From: Euglena gracilis
Taxonomy: Eukaryota
Length of the DNA stretch: 64,000 nt
Assembly (NCBI GenBank): GCA_039621445.1
Contig: CP154954.1
Location: 2,852,001-2,916,000, forward strand
Reading direction: 5' to 3'
Made by a program: the position numbers and the translations under genes. How positions within the stretch are numbered: the stretch's first letter is position 1; every line of letters begins with the position of its first letter. A model generated the notes under the pieces. It made no database searches. It was given only the letters and a program-made list of their open reading frames with translations, and was not told the origin of the DNA. Positions 1 through 53,428 of the stretch are shown here, one piece after another.

Positions 1-780
1 GCCACTTTTGGCCATTTTTGGCCATTTTTGGTCGCTTTTATCCCCTTTTGGCCCATTTGCCACCACAATTCACCCATTTTGACCTATTTTTGACCATTTT
101 TGGCACTTTTTGCCCACTTCTTGTAATTTTGGGCCATTTTGTCCTGCTCTTGGGCCATGTTTGACCATTTAAAGCCACTTTCAAACCTTTTCTTTTGTTA
201 TTTTTGCCCATTTTTTGGTCTCTTTTTGGTCCAATTTGACCATTTTGAGCATTTTTTGCGCCAGTTTGTTGCCAAAAGTGAACAAAAGCTGCTAAAGTGA
301 CCCAAATCGGCCAAAAGCAGGGTCATTTTGAGCCATTTTTGAGCATTTTTTTTGTTATGTATGCCTATTTTTGGAACTTTTGGTCATTTTAACCATGCTT
401 TGCCACTTTTAGGCCATTTTTAGGTCACGTTTGACTGCTCTTGATGTCAAAAGCGACAAAAAGACGTTTAAAGTGGCCTGAAAGTGGCCAGAAGTGGGTA
501 AAAATGGCCAAAAGCAGAGAAAAGTGGTCAAAAGTGGGTCTAAAGAGGCCAAAAGTGGTCAAAAGAGGTCAAAGCAAAGCAAAAGCTGTCCAAAAGCAGC
601 CAAAACACAGTAAAAAGTGGGCAAAAGCAACAAAAGTAACCAAAACAAAGCAAAAGGCAGGAAATAATGGGCAAAGGCAGCAAAAATCGACCAAAAGTCG
701 GCAACAGTGGCCAAAAGCAGTCCAAAAGCATAAAAAGCTGGCCAAAAACAGCGAAAAGTGGCCAAAAGTCGGCAACAGTG
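1..780. repeat. Degenerate GGCCAAAA(GT) repeat in fold-back arrangement
   Basis: TTTTGGCC-type units 1-430, GGCCAAAA-type units ~445-780. Confidence 0.7.
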
Positions 781-847
781 GATTGTGTGATTGTGATATA
801 TGCTCATTTTTTTGTTGGCCTGCCCCCTACCTACAGCCAACAACTTT

Positions 848-927
848 GCCGACCGCAGCCGACCGCAGCCGACCGCAGCCGACCGCAGCCGACCGCAGCC
901 GACCGCGGCCGACCGCAGCCGACCGCG
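848..927 (+). repeat. (GCCGACCGCA)n decamer, ~8 copies
   Basis: Directly visible. Confidence 0.95.
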
Positions 928-1110
928 GGCTAAAATTTGGAATCTGTCATAGGTGCTTGGTCTTTAGCACACCTGCCATTTCAACGCCATTTTCAGCACA
1001 CCCAAAACGTTTTGGCCATTACCACGTCAACCGCTCAGAATCACATTATCTCCGTACTTTGGCATGTCAAGGCAAGGGAGGCAGGGTGGTCCAACCTCCA
1101 GCACCCGCTC

Positions 1111-39586
<38,476 letters not shown>

Positions 39587-40126
39587 CACCGCCTGAGAGT
39601 CAGGTCATGCCAAACCCCAGGGTCTACCCCCCCCCCCAAAGAAGCCCATCAAGTACCTGCATTTCAGCCTGCCAATACTTGCTCGCGGTTCAACGTCCGC
39701 AACTGGTACGCGTGCTCAATGAGGTTCAAGTAGAGTGTTCGCAGTGGATGCGGCCACCAGTTCACCAGGATTGCATTTGTGAGAAGGCCAATGAAATACG
39801 CCCCAAAAGCGTTCCATCTCAGCATTTTTATATCGTCAAACCATATTTCTGTAATCCCGCAGTGGTGCTACCTGGAGCAGTCGCAACTGCCTGACAAAGC
39901 GTCGTTCCACCACTCTCAAGTCTGAGAGGCGATTTGGGACGGCTGGTCCATGACACCCCCCGCTCCTCACTCCTAAGGAGCCCCTATTGCACGAGAGCAT
40001 TGGACATTCACAGGTTTCCCCACTCTCCTCGTTTGTTTCAGGGTCTGCTCTTGCTTTGGATTGTCCCATCCCTGATTGCCAGCAGGAGTCGGCAGCCACA
40101 GGATGGTTGCTGCCAAGGAGTCTTAT

Positions 40127-40181
<55 letters not shown>

Positions 40182-40189
40182 ACAACACA

Positions 40190-40229
<40 letters not shown>

Positions 40230-40367
40230 CACACACACACACCACACACACACACACACACAACACAACACACACACACACACACACACACAGCACACAC
40301 ACACACAACACAACACACACACCCACACCCACAACACACATCCACACACACACACACACACACACAC

Positions 40368-40406
<39 letters not shown>

Positions 40407-40694
40407 CACAACCACACAAACACACACACACACACACCACACACCAACACACACCCACACACACACACACACACCACACACACACACACACACACCACAC
40501 ACACACACACCCCACACCCCCACACACACACACACACACACACAACCCCCACACACACACACCACACACACACACACAACACACACACACACACACACAC
40601 ACACCACACACACACACACAACACACACACACACAACACACACACACACACACCACCACACCACACACACGTAGCACCACACACACACACACAA

Positions 40695-40728
<34 letters not shown>

Positions 40729-40781
40729 CACACCCCACCAAACACACCACACACACACACACACACACACACACACCACAC

Positions 40782-40829
<48 letters not shown>

Positions 40830-41944
40830 ACACACACAACACCACACAACACACACGACACACACAACACACACAACACACACAACACACACAACACACA
40901 ACACACACAACACACACAACTCCACACAACTCACACAACGCAAACGCACACAACTCACACAACGCACACAACGCACACAACTCACACAAACTCACACAAC
41001 TCACACAACGCACACAACGCACACAACTCACACAACTCACACAACGCACACAACTCACACACAACGCCTCACATACTCACACAACGCACACATACACCAC
41101 ACACACAACGCACACCAACGCACAACGCACACAGACGCACACAACTCACACAAACCACACAAACTCACACAACGCACACACACACGCAAAACACACACAC
41201 TACCACACACACGACACACACAACACACACCACAGCACACACAGCACACACCACCACACACACACACACACACACACACACCTCACACACACCACACACA
41301 ACCACACACACCACACCACTCACACACACACACCACACACACCACGCACACACCGCACACACAACACACACCACACACACCCCACAAAACCCACACACAC
41401 CACACCCACACACCACCACGACAACCACCACACACCCACACCCCTCCCCACACCAATCCCCACCCACACCGCGCCCACACACCCCCCACCCCACACCCCC
41501 ACCACACCCCCCCCCCCCCCCCCCCCCCCACCCCACCACCCCACACCACACCCACACCACCCCCCCACCCCACCCCCCTCCCCCCCCCCACCCCCCCCCC
41601 CCACACCCCCCACACCCCCCCCCCACACACACCCCCACCCCAAACCCCCCATCCCACCCAACCACCCCCCCACACCCCCCCCCCCCACCCCCCCCCCCCC
41701 CCCCCCCCCCCCCCCACCCCCCCCCCCCACCCCCCCACACACCCCACACCCCCCCCCCCCCCCCCCCACCCCCCCCACACCACACACCCCCCCCCCCCCC
41801 CCCCCCACCCCCCCCCCCACACCCCCCCACCCCCCCCCCCCCACCCCACCCAACACACCCCCACACACACCCCCCCCCCCCCCACACAACCCCCCCCCCC
41901 CCCACCCCCCCCCACCCCCCCCCCCCCACCCACACCCCCCACAC

Positions 41945-42013
<69 letters not shown>

Positions 42014-42142
42014 ACACACCCACACCCCACACCCACACACACACACACCACACACACCACACACCACACACCCCCCCCCCCCACACCGACCACACCACAC
42101 CACACCAACACACCCCACCACACCACCTACACAACACTACAA

Positions 42143-42173
<31 letters not shown>

Positions 42174-43510
42174 CACCCCCCCCCCCACACCCCCACACCC
42201 ACCCCCACCCACACACCCCCCCACCCCCCACACGCACAACACACCACCACACCAGCACACCCCCCCCCCACCACACCCCAACCCCCCACCACCACACCAC
42301 ACACACCCCACCCCCACAACACCCACACCCCCACCCCGCCTCACCACACCACACACACCACACACCCACACACACACACACACCCACACCCACACACCAC
42401 CACAACCCACACACACCACACCACAACACACACCACACACACACACACCACACCCCCCCACACCACACCCCCCCCCCCACACACCACACACACACAACCC
42501 ACACACACACACAACACACCACACACACCCCACACCACACCCTCACCGCACACACACCCACACCACACACACAACCCACCCACCCCCCCCACACCCCCCA
42601 CACACACCCCCCACCCCCACCACCCACACCACACACACACCCACACACACACACACCACACACACCACACACACCACACACACCACACACACCACACACA
42701 CCACACACACCACACACACCACACACACCACACACACCACACACACCACACACACCACACACACCACACACACCACACACACCACACACACCACACACAC
42801 CACACACACCACCCACACACACCACACACACCACAAACACCACACACACCACACACACCACACACACACACACCCCCACAACACACCACACACACCACAC
42901 ACACCCACACCCACCCACACCACACACACCCACACCCCACCCCCCGCCCCCCGCCCCCCCCCCCCCCACCCCCCCCCCCCCCCCCCCCCACCCCCCCCCC
43001 ACACACCACACACACCACACACACCACACACACCACACACACCACACCCACCACACACACCACACACACCACACACACCACACACACCACACACACCACA
43101 CACACCACACACACCACACACACCACACACACCACACACACCACACACACCACACACACCACACACACCACACACACCACACACACCACACACACCACAC
43201 ACACCACACACACACACACACCACACACACCACACACACACCACACAACACACACCACACACACCACACACACCACACACACACCACACACACCACACAC
43301 ACCACACACACCACACACACAACACACACACCACACACACACACACCACACACACCACACACACCACACACACCACACACACCCCCCACACCCCACACAC
43401 CCCACACACCACACACACCACACACACCACACACACCACACACACCACACACACCACACACCCCACACCACCCACCACACACACCACACACACAACCACA
43501 CACCCACAGA

Positions 43511-43556
<46 letters not shown>

Positions 43557-44672
43557 ACACCCACACCACACACACCACACACACCACACACACCACACAC
43601 ACCACACACACCACACACACCACACACACCACACACACCACACACACCACACACACCACACACACCACACACACCACACACACCACACACACCACACACA
43701 ACACACACACCACACACACCACACACACCACACACACCACACACACCACACACACCACACACACCACACACACCACACACACCACACACAACACACACAC
43801 CACACACACCACACACACCACACACACCACAAACCACACACACACACACACAACACACACACACCCACACAACACACACGCACACACACACAACACACAC
43901 CACACAACACACACACACCACAACACCGCACACACACACCACACACCACAACACACCCACACACCACACACCCACCACACACACACACCACACACCCACA
44001 CACACCACACACACACAACACACACACACACCACACACACACAACACACACACACACATCACACACACACACAACACACACAACACACACGCACACACAC
44101 ACACACAAACCACACACCCCACACACACAAACACACAACAACCACACAACACACACACACCAAAACACAACACACACCACCACACACTAAACACACACAC
44201 ACACACACACAACACACACACAAGCAACACACCACAGCACAACACACACACACACAACACACACACAACCAACACACAAACACACACAACACACACACAT
44301 CACACAACACACAACACACAACACCCACACAACACCACAACACACACACACAACCACACCCACACACAACAAACACAACACACACAACTAACACAACACG
44401 ACACCACAACACACAACACACACAACACACAACAACACACAAAACACACCACACACTCACCACACATCACACAACACCACAACACACAACACACACCACA
44501 CCACAAAACACCACACAAAATAGCACCTCACACTGCAACACACACATCCCCACATCAACACAAACACATTCTAAACACCACAACACACAACACACACACA
44601 CCATTGTAACCTTGATGCTCACAACTACCCCCAACACACAACCACACAACACCACAACAACACACAAACACA
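40127..44672 (+). repeat. 4.5-kb C/A-only low-complexity tract ((CA)n, (CCACACACA)n, poly-C core)
   Basis: Directly visible. Confidence 0.95.
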
Positions 44673-45735
44673 CATGGATCTGGTGAATCTAGGGAAGCTC
44701 TCACCACACACAACACACACAAATCCATTTTGACCATTATTCCCCCCCCCAGAATTGCACGATTTTCACATGTGCAATCCATTCTAGCTATGGTGAGGGC
44801 GTCACCCCCCCCCCATTGTAACCTTGATCTATGAAGCTCCCCATCTCTGTTAGGGGGTCTCTGAAGGCTTTTAGTACTTGCAAAATCACAATAAACTGAT
44901 TTTTTTGCAGTTTTTATGAAATAATGAAATAATGAATGCCATTTTGACCATTATTCCCCCCCCCAAAAGTCACGGATTTTCACATTTCTGGCTGGATGTT
45001 TGCTTGTTAACATGTGTGTCTGGGTGTCTGTATCTGCCTGTTTGGACGTCCTCAGGGATAATTCATTGGGCCTGTGTTTAAAAAAAGAGTGCAGAGGTGT
45101 TCTAAAATCTTGAGGTAAACAATTCAAAATAATATCATTAAGAAATGCAAAAAATAAAAAAATGAAAAAATGGGGGGAAATTAATAAAAGGGAAAAACAC
45201 AAAAGACCATGCAAATGAAAAACTCTTCCAAATGCAAAAAAGCGTGAAAAGTGGAAGAAATTTTCCAAGTAAATGGAAGAGTATTGCTTTCCATTGCAGA
45301 AAAAGGGCGATTAATCATCACCAGCAGGTGGCGGCCTGGCTTAAGGATTCGGGTCAGGGTTTGGTTTGAGCCAGGGTTAGGGTTACGGTTAGGCTTGTCG
45401 GTCTACGCCACATTTACTCTATCTAAAAAAAATACATGGCATAATCATCCTCACCCTGATTCAGAAACCAGCTGGCAAGTTGAATTTGGACGGCTGCAGG
45501 GCGGGTTGTAAATTTGGATTCGTTCCTAAATCAGGGATTTTTTTGAAGATTGGACTCAGGGAGGGTGGTCCGCCGGACCCATTCCCTCTTAGGGAGAGTC
45601 TGGCCGAGTGGGCACACCCTTGAGGGAGTTTTTTTGCTGTTTTTTTATTATTATTTTTGGCTCGAAGTTTCGAAGTCGAAGGCTAAAAATTTTTACCGCA
45701 AAGTGAGAGATGGCGTAAAGTGGATCACCCAAAGT

Positions 45736-45768
<33 letters not shown>

Positions 45769-46389
45769 ACACCCCCCCCACTACTGCCCCCCCCCCCCCC
45801 ACATACCCCTCCCCTGTCACCCCCTGACACCACACATTTGGACCTCAATCAATGCCATTTTTCTGGCATACAAATCACTTTTTGTGGGCACCTTTTTTGC
45901 GTCATTTTTTGACAACGGCCTCGCCTGGGAGAGTGGCCCCCCCGGACCCCCCCCAAATAAAAATGACATCGCTATTCTGTGCAAGGTAAGGCTCAAATTT
46001 ATTTTTTGTGTGCCAGTTTTTTTGATTTTTCTCCCCGTTCATTTCCATGTCCTACCATGGTCTGGCAAATTGGTTACCTGAGCCTCCATGGAGGCTGGTT
46101 TCCCGGATCCTCTGCGGAGCCTCTGCAGAGCCTCTGTGGAGGCTGGTTACTTGGAGTCTTCGCGGAGGCTGGTTACCCGGAGCCTCCATGGGGGCTCCGC
46201 GGAGGCAACCAAAATGGCAGGATTCAGATTTTGTTGTGGAGCTATCCCTTACCTGAACTGTTGCCTTAACCGTAACCCTAACACTTGTTGAATATTAGAA
46301 ATCGCAATTACGCAAACGGTGCCTGTGAAGACTTTGCGCAATTGCGCAAACCAATTGATACCACAAAGCTTGCCATCTGCAATTCTGCT

Positions 46390-47180
46390 AGAATCCACTG
46401 AAAATCATTGTGTTCACGGCACACAGCAGGAGAAAGACGAAACAAACAGTCCTGAGTCTGCGGATTGGGAGCGTCCACGCTTTTTCATCCAGCGGGCACA
46501 ATGCGTTGTTGGTGATGCAGCACGAAGTCTGCCAGACTGACTGCACCAGGCGCCTGGCCACCAGCGGGATGCAGCACAGCCCCCACAGAGGGGACTTTGG
46601 GTACTCCGGGATGGCCAGCAGGGTTGGCTGCACGATGTCCACGATGGCAGTGCAGTCCTGGGTGTGGATGGTTTTGAAAGGGTTGGACAGTATCTGGTGC
46701 TTCCAGAAGTTGTCGTACCACAGCACGCAGGCTTTCCCCTCCATCTGCTGCTGCAGTTCCACCAGACATCCGTCCGCTCGCTCCTCGTGACCACTGATTT
46801 CAGTCAGGCTCAGTCGGGTGGATGCTGCTGGGACTCAGGTATCTGCTGATAGACTCCTTCATCTGCACTGGACGTCCTCAGGGGCCATGATAGGCTGCTG
46901 CACCATACGGCGCACTTTGCGGTACAGGACCTGGGCATCCCGCAGCAGCAACTCTGTCCGGTGGAGTCGCGGCTGCCATCACAACCCCACCAGCAGGTGC
47001 TCCCAGCAGGCGCCGTTGGTAATCAGCAGGACCCGGGTGGGCATCTGGATGATTACGTTCAGCAGGGGTCATCTGGGCATTGGCCACGAACACCTCACAG
47101 CCCTCCACGTAGTGGTCCTGGATGCATTTGCCCAGGATCTTCCCCATTTTGGCAGAGGCAGTAGGCCACATACCACGACG
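46390..47180 (-). pseudogene. Degenerate intronless coding remnant, possibly transposon-derived
   Basis: GC3-biased minus-strand frames (…RTELLLRDAQVLYRKVRRMVQQP…ELQQQMEGKACVLWYDNFWKHQILSNPFKTIHTQDCTAIVDIV…) broken by stops and a frameshift. Confidence 0.45.
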
Positions 47181-50100
47181 GCGGGACTGGCTGCCTTGCA
47201 ACATCATTACCGAATTTGCAGTGCCCAAACAGCAAGTAGTTCAGTGTGTCAGTTTAACAATTGTATATTCTTATTAGAATGTTTGTGGTATGTTTTTTGC
47301 GCAATTGTGCAACAAAACATGTATTTTATCGCATCAGAGCTTTTGCCGACACAACAGAACAGAGTGTTCGACTTGGCACCATCTCAGCTTAATTTGCATG
47401 ATGGGACAATTACTCAGGATGCGTGGAAAAAAATCTACTCGTTGCAACCCCAAATAATGATTTTAACAACAGAAGCTCGAGCATTTTGACAAAACAGTGG
47501 TGGAGTACACGTGCCAGGTTTCAAAGGGTGCCGGATGGTTTGCAGTCAAGATTGGACGTGGCACCAGGTGAGTCGTGCAGCATTTCCGCAGTGGTTCAGT
47601 TGCAAATGAATAGTCAGTCTGTTCAACCCAGCTTTTAGTGAAAGAAGAAACCCATTGCTGTTCTGATCGCATCACGTAATTTTCAGGCCAATCAAACAGA
47701 AAGTTGTTTTTTTTCCTTGCTCTTCACCCACGCACTATGCATAAGCTCCTTTGATCCTCCTGCAACAGACACAGAATCCATGCCAGTGTAAGGTCCAAAT
47801 TGTGACACCGTCAAAATCGCCCACCCCCTGCCATGCCACCCCGTGCCACCCCAGCCCCCCTGGGGGGAAGGTACACGCTTCCTTGAAAAATCTTGGAAGG
47901 GTCATTCGTCAATGAAGAGGCAATACACAACACAACAACAGAAAATAGACGCCGACACACTAGCGTTGAGGCAGAAGATGACACCATCCCAGCTCAAGCA
48001 GGTCAGGTATTTTGATGCGTCTACACTATACTGCAGCTCCAACAGCGCCTGGGTTGAGTAGTTCTGCAATAAAATTGGCTAGGTGCTCCTGACCTCCCCC
48101 ACTGGTACAAGTAAGCAGAGGGGTAGGGCACTTTCGGGGTTAGGTTTTGGGGTGGGTTGTGCTATCGCAACCCTCAAGCCCGGAATTTCCCATCCCCCCC
48201 CCCTAATTTTTCCGTGGGGATGTAGCTTACGCCTGGTCCAGTGGAGAGCTGTTGTGCAATGTCCAACCCCTCTCTGACGCGCGGCTCATTCACATGCATG
48301 CCTGTCATGGTCCTGTTATATGTTTTCTTTCCAAGAGAACAGAGTACGGTTGGTGGGCAACCCAACATGCCTTTTGAGCGCTCTCCTTCCTTGCAACCAG
48401 ACCTGAAATGGGGTGGCGGTGGTGGTCTTGTTAGCGGCGGTTTTGCAGAAAAAATGTCCGTGAGGTTTTTTTACCAACCCATTCTGGGTGGAAAGTGTAA
48501 AGTTGAAGCAAGGCAATGATGCAGAATTTCCAAATTTTTGGTACTTGGTTGCAGAAAGACGCTTCCAGAAATGGGTTGAAGAATTGACTGCCACCTCCTT
48601 CTCAGTAAGCTGTCATGACCGAACACCTGTCAGCAGCCCACCAGCGAAACTGCCAGGTCCCCAGGTACTGGCCAACATGTCGAGGTCAAAATTCAATGAA
48701 GTTCCTTTGAAAGAATCTGAGGTTGGAATCCCCCCCGGGGATCCTATCTTCTTCCCTCCATATTCGCCAATCTGTTTTTATTGGGGGCACCTGTCCTTTT
48801 TTTTTTTCCTCTCCCCGCACCTTGTCTCCGAACGATTGTTTGAAATCTTTCACTTTTTTCTTGTTGAAGAAGCAGATTCCCGAGTTGAAAAAAACTCCGA
48901 ACATTGCTTTCAAGCTTATCCCAAACTTGCGAAAAATTTTGTTGTCGGATTTTCTTTCTGCCGGCGGTCGAAGTCTTTTTGACTTTTTTTTCCCTCTTAC
49001 CCAGCCCCACCCCCCTCTCTGTATTTGCTGGCCTGCCTCCTATATCGGTGTTTGCTGATTTGTCTGGGGACAGTTTCCGGGGTGGGAGACTGGGTAAAGA
49101 TGGAACCAAGGGGCAGGAAAGGATGGCGCGAGATCCTCTCCCAACGCTTTCCAGCTTGCTGAGGCTTCCTCAGGCTGTCTGCGAGCCGACCCACCCTGGG
49201 GTGTATTTTCTCAACTGGGTATTTTCACGTGAGGGAGGTGGCTGACCGAGTTTTTTTTTTAAAATCCCCGAGCGACTGACTCGTTTGTCACCCTCCCCCA
49301 TGCTGAAGTGATGGCTTCTGTCTGCGAGAATTTTTTTATCCATTGTTTTGGTTCAAACTGAAACATGTCAGGACATTAATGTGGGCCAGAAAAATGACTG
49401 CTGAAAATTTGGACAACTGGATGCTCCCACAGCCAAATTTATTATCAGGCTCGACATTAAGGCGCAAGCCTTCATAGACTGGCGTCTTATTGGCTGCATT
49501 TCACCCATATTTTGGCGTGTAAATTTCAAGGGGGAGAAGGTGCAACTTGGGGGGGGGGGTGCCTCCCTGGCAGCACCCAGAATTCTGCTCCTCACCCCAG
49601 GGTTGGTCAGAATCAAGCTGCTGGGCGCCACCTGAGGCACACTGAGGGGTTTGCTACAGCACCATTGTGCCTCAGAAATTGTGCATGTATTTGGCACTGA
49701 ATTTCCAACAGCCTCCGGGTTCCGGGTTGGCCCAGTCCGGATTGCCCGGCACCCAACACCACCCCCTGCCCCCCAAACCCAGGTCAAGCACCCCCCTGCC
49801 CAACGGTCTGGAGGCTGCCCTGCGCAGCCAAACCCGGGCCTCAGTGGCCTGGTTTGGATTAACTGGCGTGCGGTTCCCGCCTAGCGGGCACTTCGCAGCC
49901 CTCTCGCCTGCAGTCACCACACACATAGTCGCACAGTTTGGCCCCTTGGCCAATTTTGACTCGGTCAACTCACACCACAGGCAGAGAGAGAGGATGGCAG
50001 GGTTGCTTCTCCAGTTTGCAAAATGCTGTCTCCTGGCCTGAAACTCCCCCCTTGTGGATGGCACGGCCGGTGGTTTTAACGCTTTTGCTGCACCAACTGT

Positions 50101-53082
50101 CCCCTTGTCTGGACTGTTGACAGTGCTTGGTTTTCCTGGATTTGCTCTTTCGGGTTCCATTCACAGGGGTGAGGCTGGACGGGGAAAGGAATGGCGTGTT
50201 GTCTGCTTTAATTCTTCGGATATGACATATTTGATTCTGGACGATGGCAGTGTACTTTCTAAAGAGTGGTGTCACCAGAATTTTGGCGAAAATGAAAATT
50301 CTTTTCCATATGTTCACCCAAAGAAACATCAGCCACCCGATCTGAAGTCTTTCCCCAACTCATCAGCAATTACGAAAAAGGTTTTGCTAATACTTGTGAT
50401 GTTCAATTTCTACGTTCGTGCGCTGTTTTTTTTTTGCCTCCATGCAAGCGGACCAGCACGCAACCTACAGTTGGCATGCCGGGATGGGCAGGACCACCAC
50501 TGAACGCTGCTCAAGCGGAAGCATTGCTCGCTTCAATCAGAAACGATTCCTCCAAATGTCCTCAGAATTAAGTCACCAGCTTTTTTTTTAGAGGAGGCTA
50601 ATTCTTTTTCGCCTACCCCCATGCTTTTTTAAGTTTTCTGGTGATGTGATTTATTTGTAATAGGAAAAGTAATTTTTCCTTTTCGGTGATGATGTGAAAT
50701 GAAGAGAATCGTTTCTCAACAGCGTAAAAACACAGGGATCCTCCCATTTCCTGAAAAGGAAATTAATTGAAATTCATGGAGGATCACGGAAAAGGGCTCA
50801 AATCTGCAGGGGAAATCTCCTTTTCCGAGGATTCTGGGCAGCAACGTTGGCTCCCTTCTGCGATTACTTGCTTTTGGCCTCTCCCCATCCGATGGACAGT
50901 GTGGGCCACACTTGTTATGTCACACCAACATAAAACAGGGCACCACCATGTCGACACGGTAGTCAGGCCACCGCTGGCCACCGCAGGCAAGGTCAGGCAT
51001 TTAGTATCAGGCACTAGTGGGGCCTTGCGATACCTTGGGTTTGTGTCTGTCGCAAAGTTGACGGGGGGGGGGGTATCAAAAGCCTCTCATCAGAATTGCG
51101 CAAAATCAGCAGGTCAGTTTTTTTTTGGAGGAAAGGAGAAGGTAGATCGGTCGTCCATGCCACCAGGCAGATGCAGATAGTGTCTGTGGAAAAATCAACG
51201 TGAGGTTGTTTCTGGGGACCTCCGCAACTCCTCGGGGACATCGACCCCCCCCCCCCAAAATGAATTGTCTGAAATCTGAAATCTTTCCGGCCCGACTGTA
51301 TTGACCCTGAGTGCACCTCAGTCTTGGGGGGGTTCCAGTGAACACCATCACCTGCATCAAATCCCACAGGATACCCAGAGATCCCACCAAACTGGACAGA
51401 TTCTCCCTATTGGCTTTTCACAGCAATTTTTTAGTTTTTTTTTTTGACAAATTGTTTCCTCCAAAAAGTCTGATGGGCAACAATGATCCGAAATTCTATA
51501 ATTTTTCGTTGTCCTCTGAATAGAAGCCATTTGACACCAAACTGCTTTTTCCACAAAGCGCGTTGAATTGATCCATGAATGTTTTTTGGATACTGCCAAG
51601 GTGCCAAAAAAGGTTGGTCCAGAAATTTTACAGGGGGTCAGTTTAAACCCCACCCTCTCAAGGGGGAGGTGGGTGAATCCATGCCAGTCACCTGGCCTGG
51701 GCAACTGGGACGCCGGTTTGTTGGCATGGCTGGCCCCGCATTACCTTCCCGTCGCCCTCGGTGGCACCCCAAAACCAAACCTCTCCCACCCCCCCTCCTG
51801 GTGTCCGCTACAGCTGCCTGTGGCCTGCAAGGTGCTGCCTTCCTGTTTGACCGATGAAGACGCACCAAAGCAGTGGCGTTAGCCAGCCGTCTTCGACGTT
51901 GGGCAGATAGTGTGGTGAGGCAGGCTTACTGAGTGGCCCTTTGTGTGGAATGTGGTCAGACCAGGTACACCTCCAGGCGGATTGCCTCCCAAAAGGGGGG
52001 AGATTGGATGCTTCAGGGGACTCCCCTCCCCAGTCTTTAAAGAACGCGCGACATGACTCCCTCACCCGTACTCACGTTGCATATATTTTGGTGTATCTCA
52101 CAAATTTCCAGAAGTTTTTCTGTCGATTTTGCCAAATTTTGGCATGCACAACCAGTTATGAAGTTTAAATTTTAATTGTGAATAAGAATTCGGTTGAAAG
52201 CATGCATTGGGGCCGGGATTTAAATGCAGAAAAGGTCTTCATTTTCTACATCTAAGGTTGTCGCAAAAAAAAACAGGTTTGTCTGGAGAATTGTCAATTG
52301 GTTATTTGCATTTGCAAAATTGACGTCCCTATACGCTCTGACCTCAAAGTGCAACCTTACCCTGGGCCATTCGAATTTGACGCTTTTTTTGGACATAACC
52401 CCCTGAGAATTGTGAATGTTGGTAAGGCACCCCAACGTTGGTCACCCAATGCTCGTTTTCAATTGTGCAGGAGGGGAATGCATTTTTTTTTTGCATTTTT
52501 CTTTTGTGTTTTTTTGATTTTGACAAAATTTGTGTTTTTTTCTTTTTTTGAAGCGTTTTTTCGATTTTGCTGGATTTTTTTGGACAATGAAAAATTCCTC
52601 ATTTTGCCCCCAATTTTCCCAATTTTGCAATTTTTGGCCAACGTATCCTTATGCGAAAGGAAAAATTTGCCCCGACGAAGCTGAAATTGAGCCCCTCAAG
52701 CAGAAATTGCACTTCGGGGGGAGCTCCATAGCTCCGGAGCTCTGTAAAGGATTTTACATGCAATTTTTGTTTCTTTTTGCATTTTTTATGTTTATTTTTC
52801 ATTTATTTGCATCGTGTTTTTTGAGGGTCCTGTTGCGCTTTTCCCCTCCCTGCAATTGTGGCTCGCCCCAAGTGCTGACCCCCCCAGGTCCTACAAGAAT
52901 TTGCAGTCTCCGCATTTTAGGCACGTTTTCAAACCAGTTTTATTGCAAACAGAGAAAATAGGTAAAAGTAGATGAGAACCCCGCCTCCAGCAGGGTGTTC
53001 ACTCAGCACGACCCCCCCCAAACGTACACATAACATGATTCATTGTGCAAAACCATACATTTTTTTTGCACAATCAGAACAC

Positions 53083-53428
<346 letters not shown>

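Noticed and set aside
39987-44686. 1540-aa and 1536-aa His/Thr/Pro ORFs
   Set aside because: Stop-free translations of the C/A microsatellite tract.
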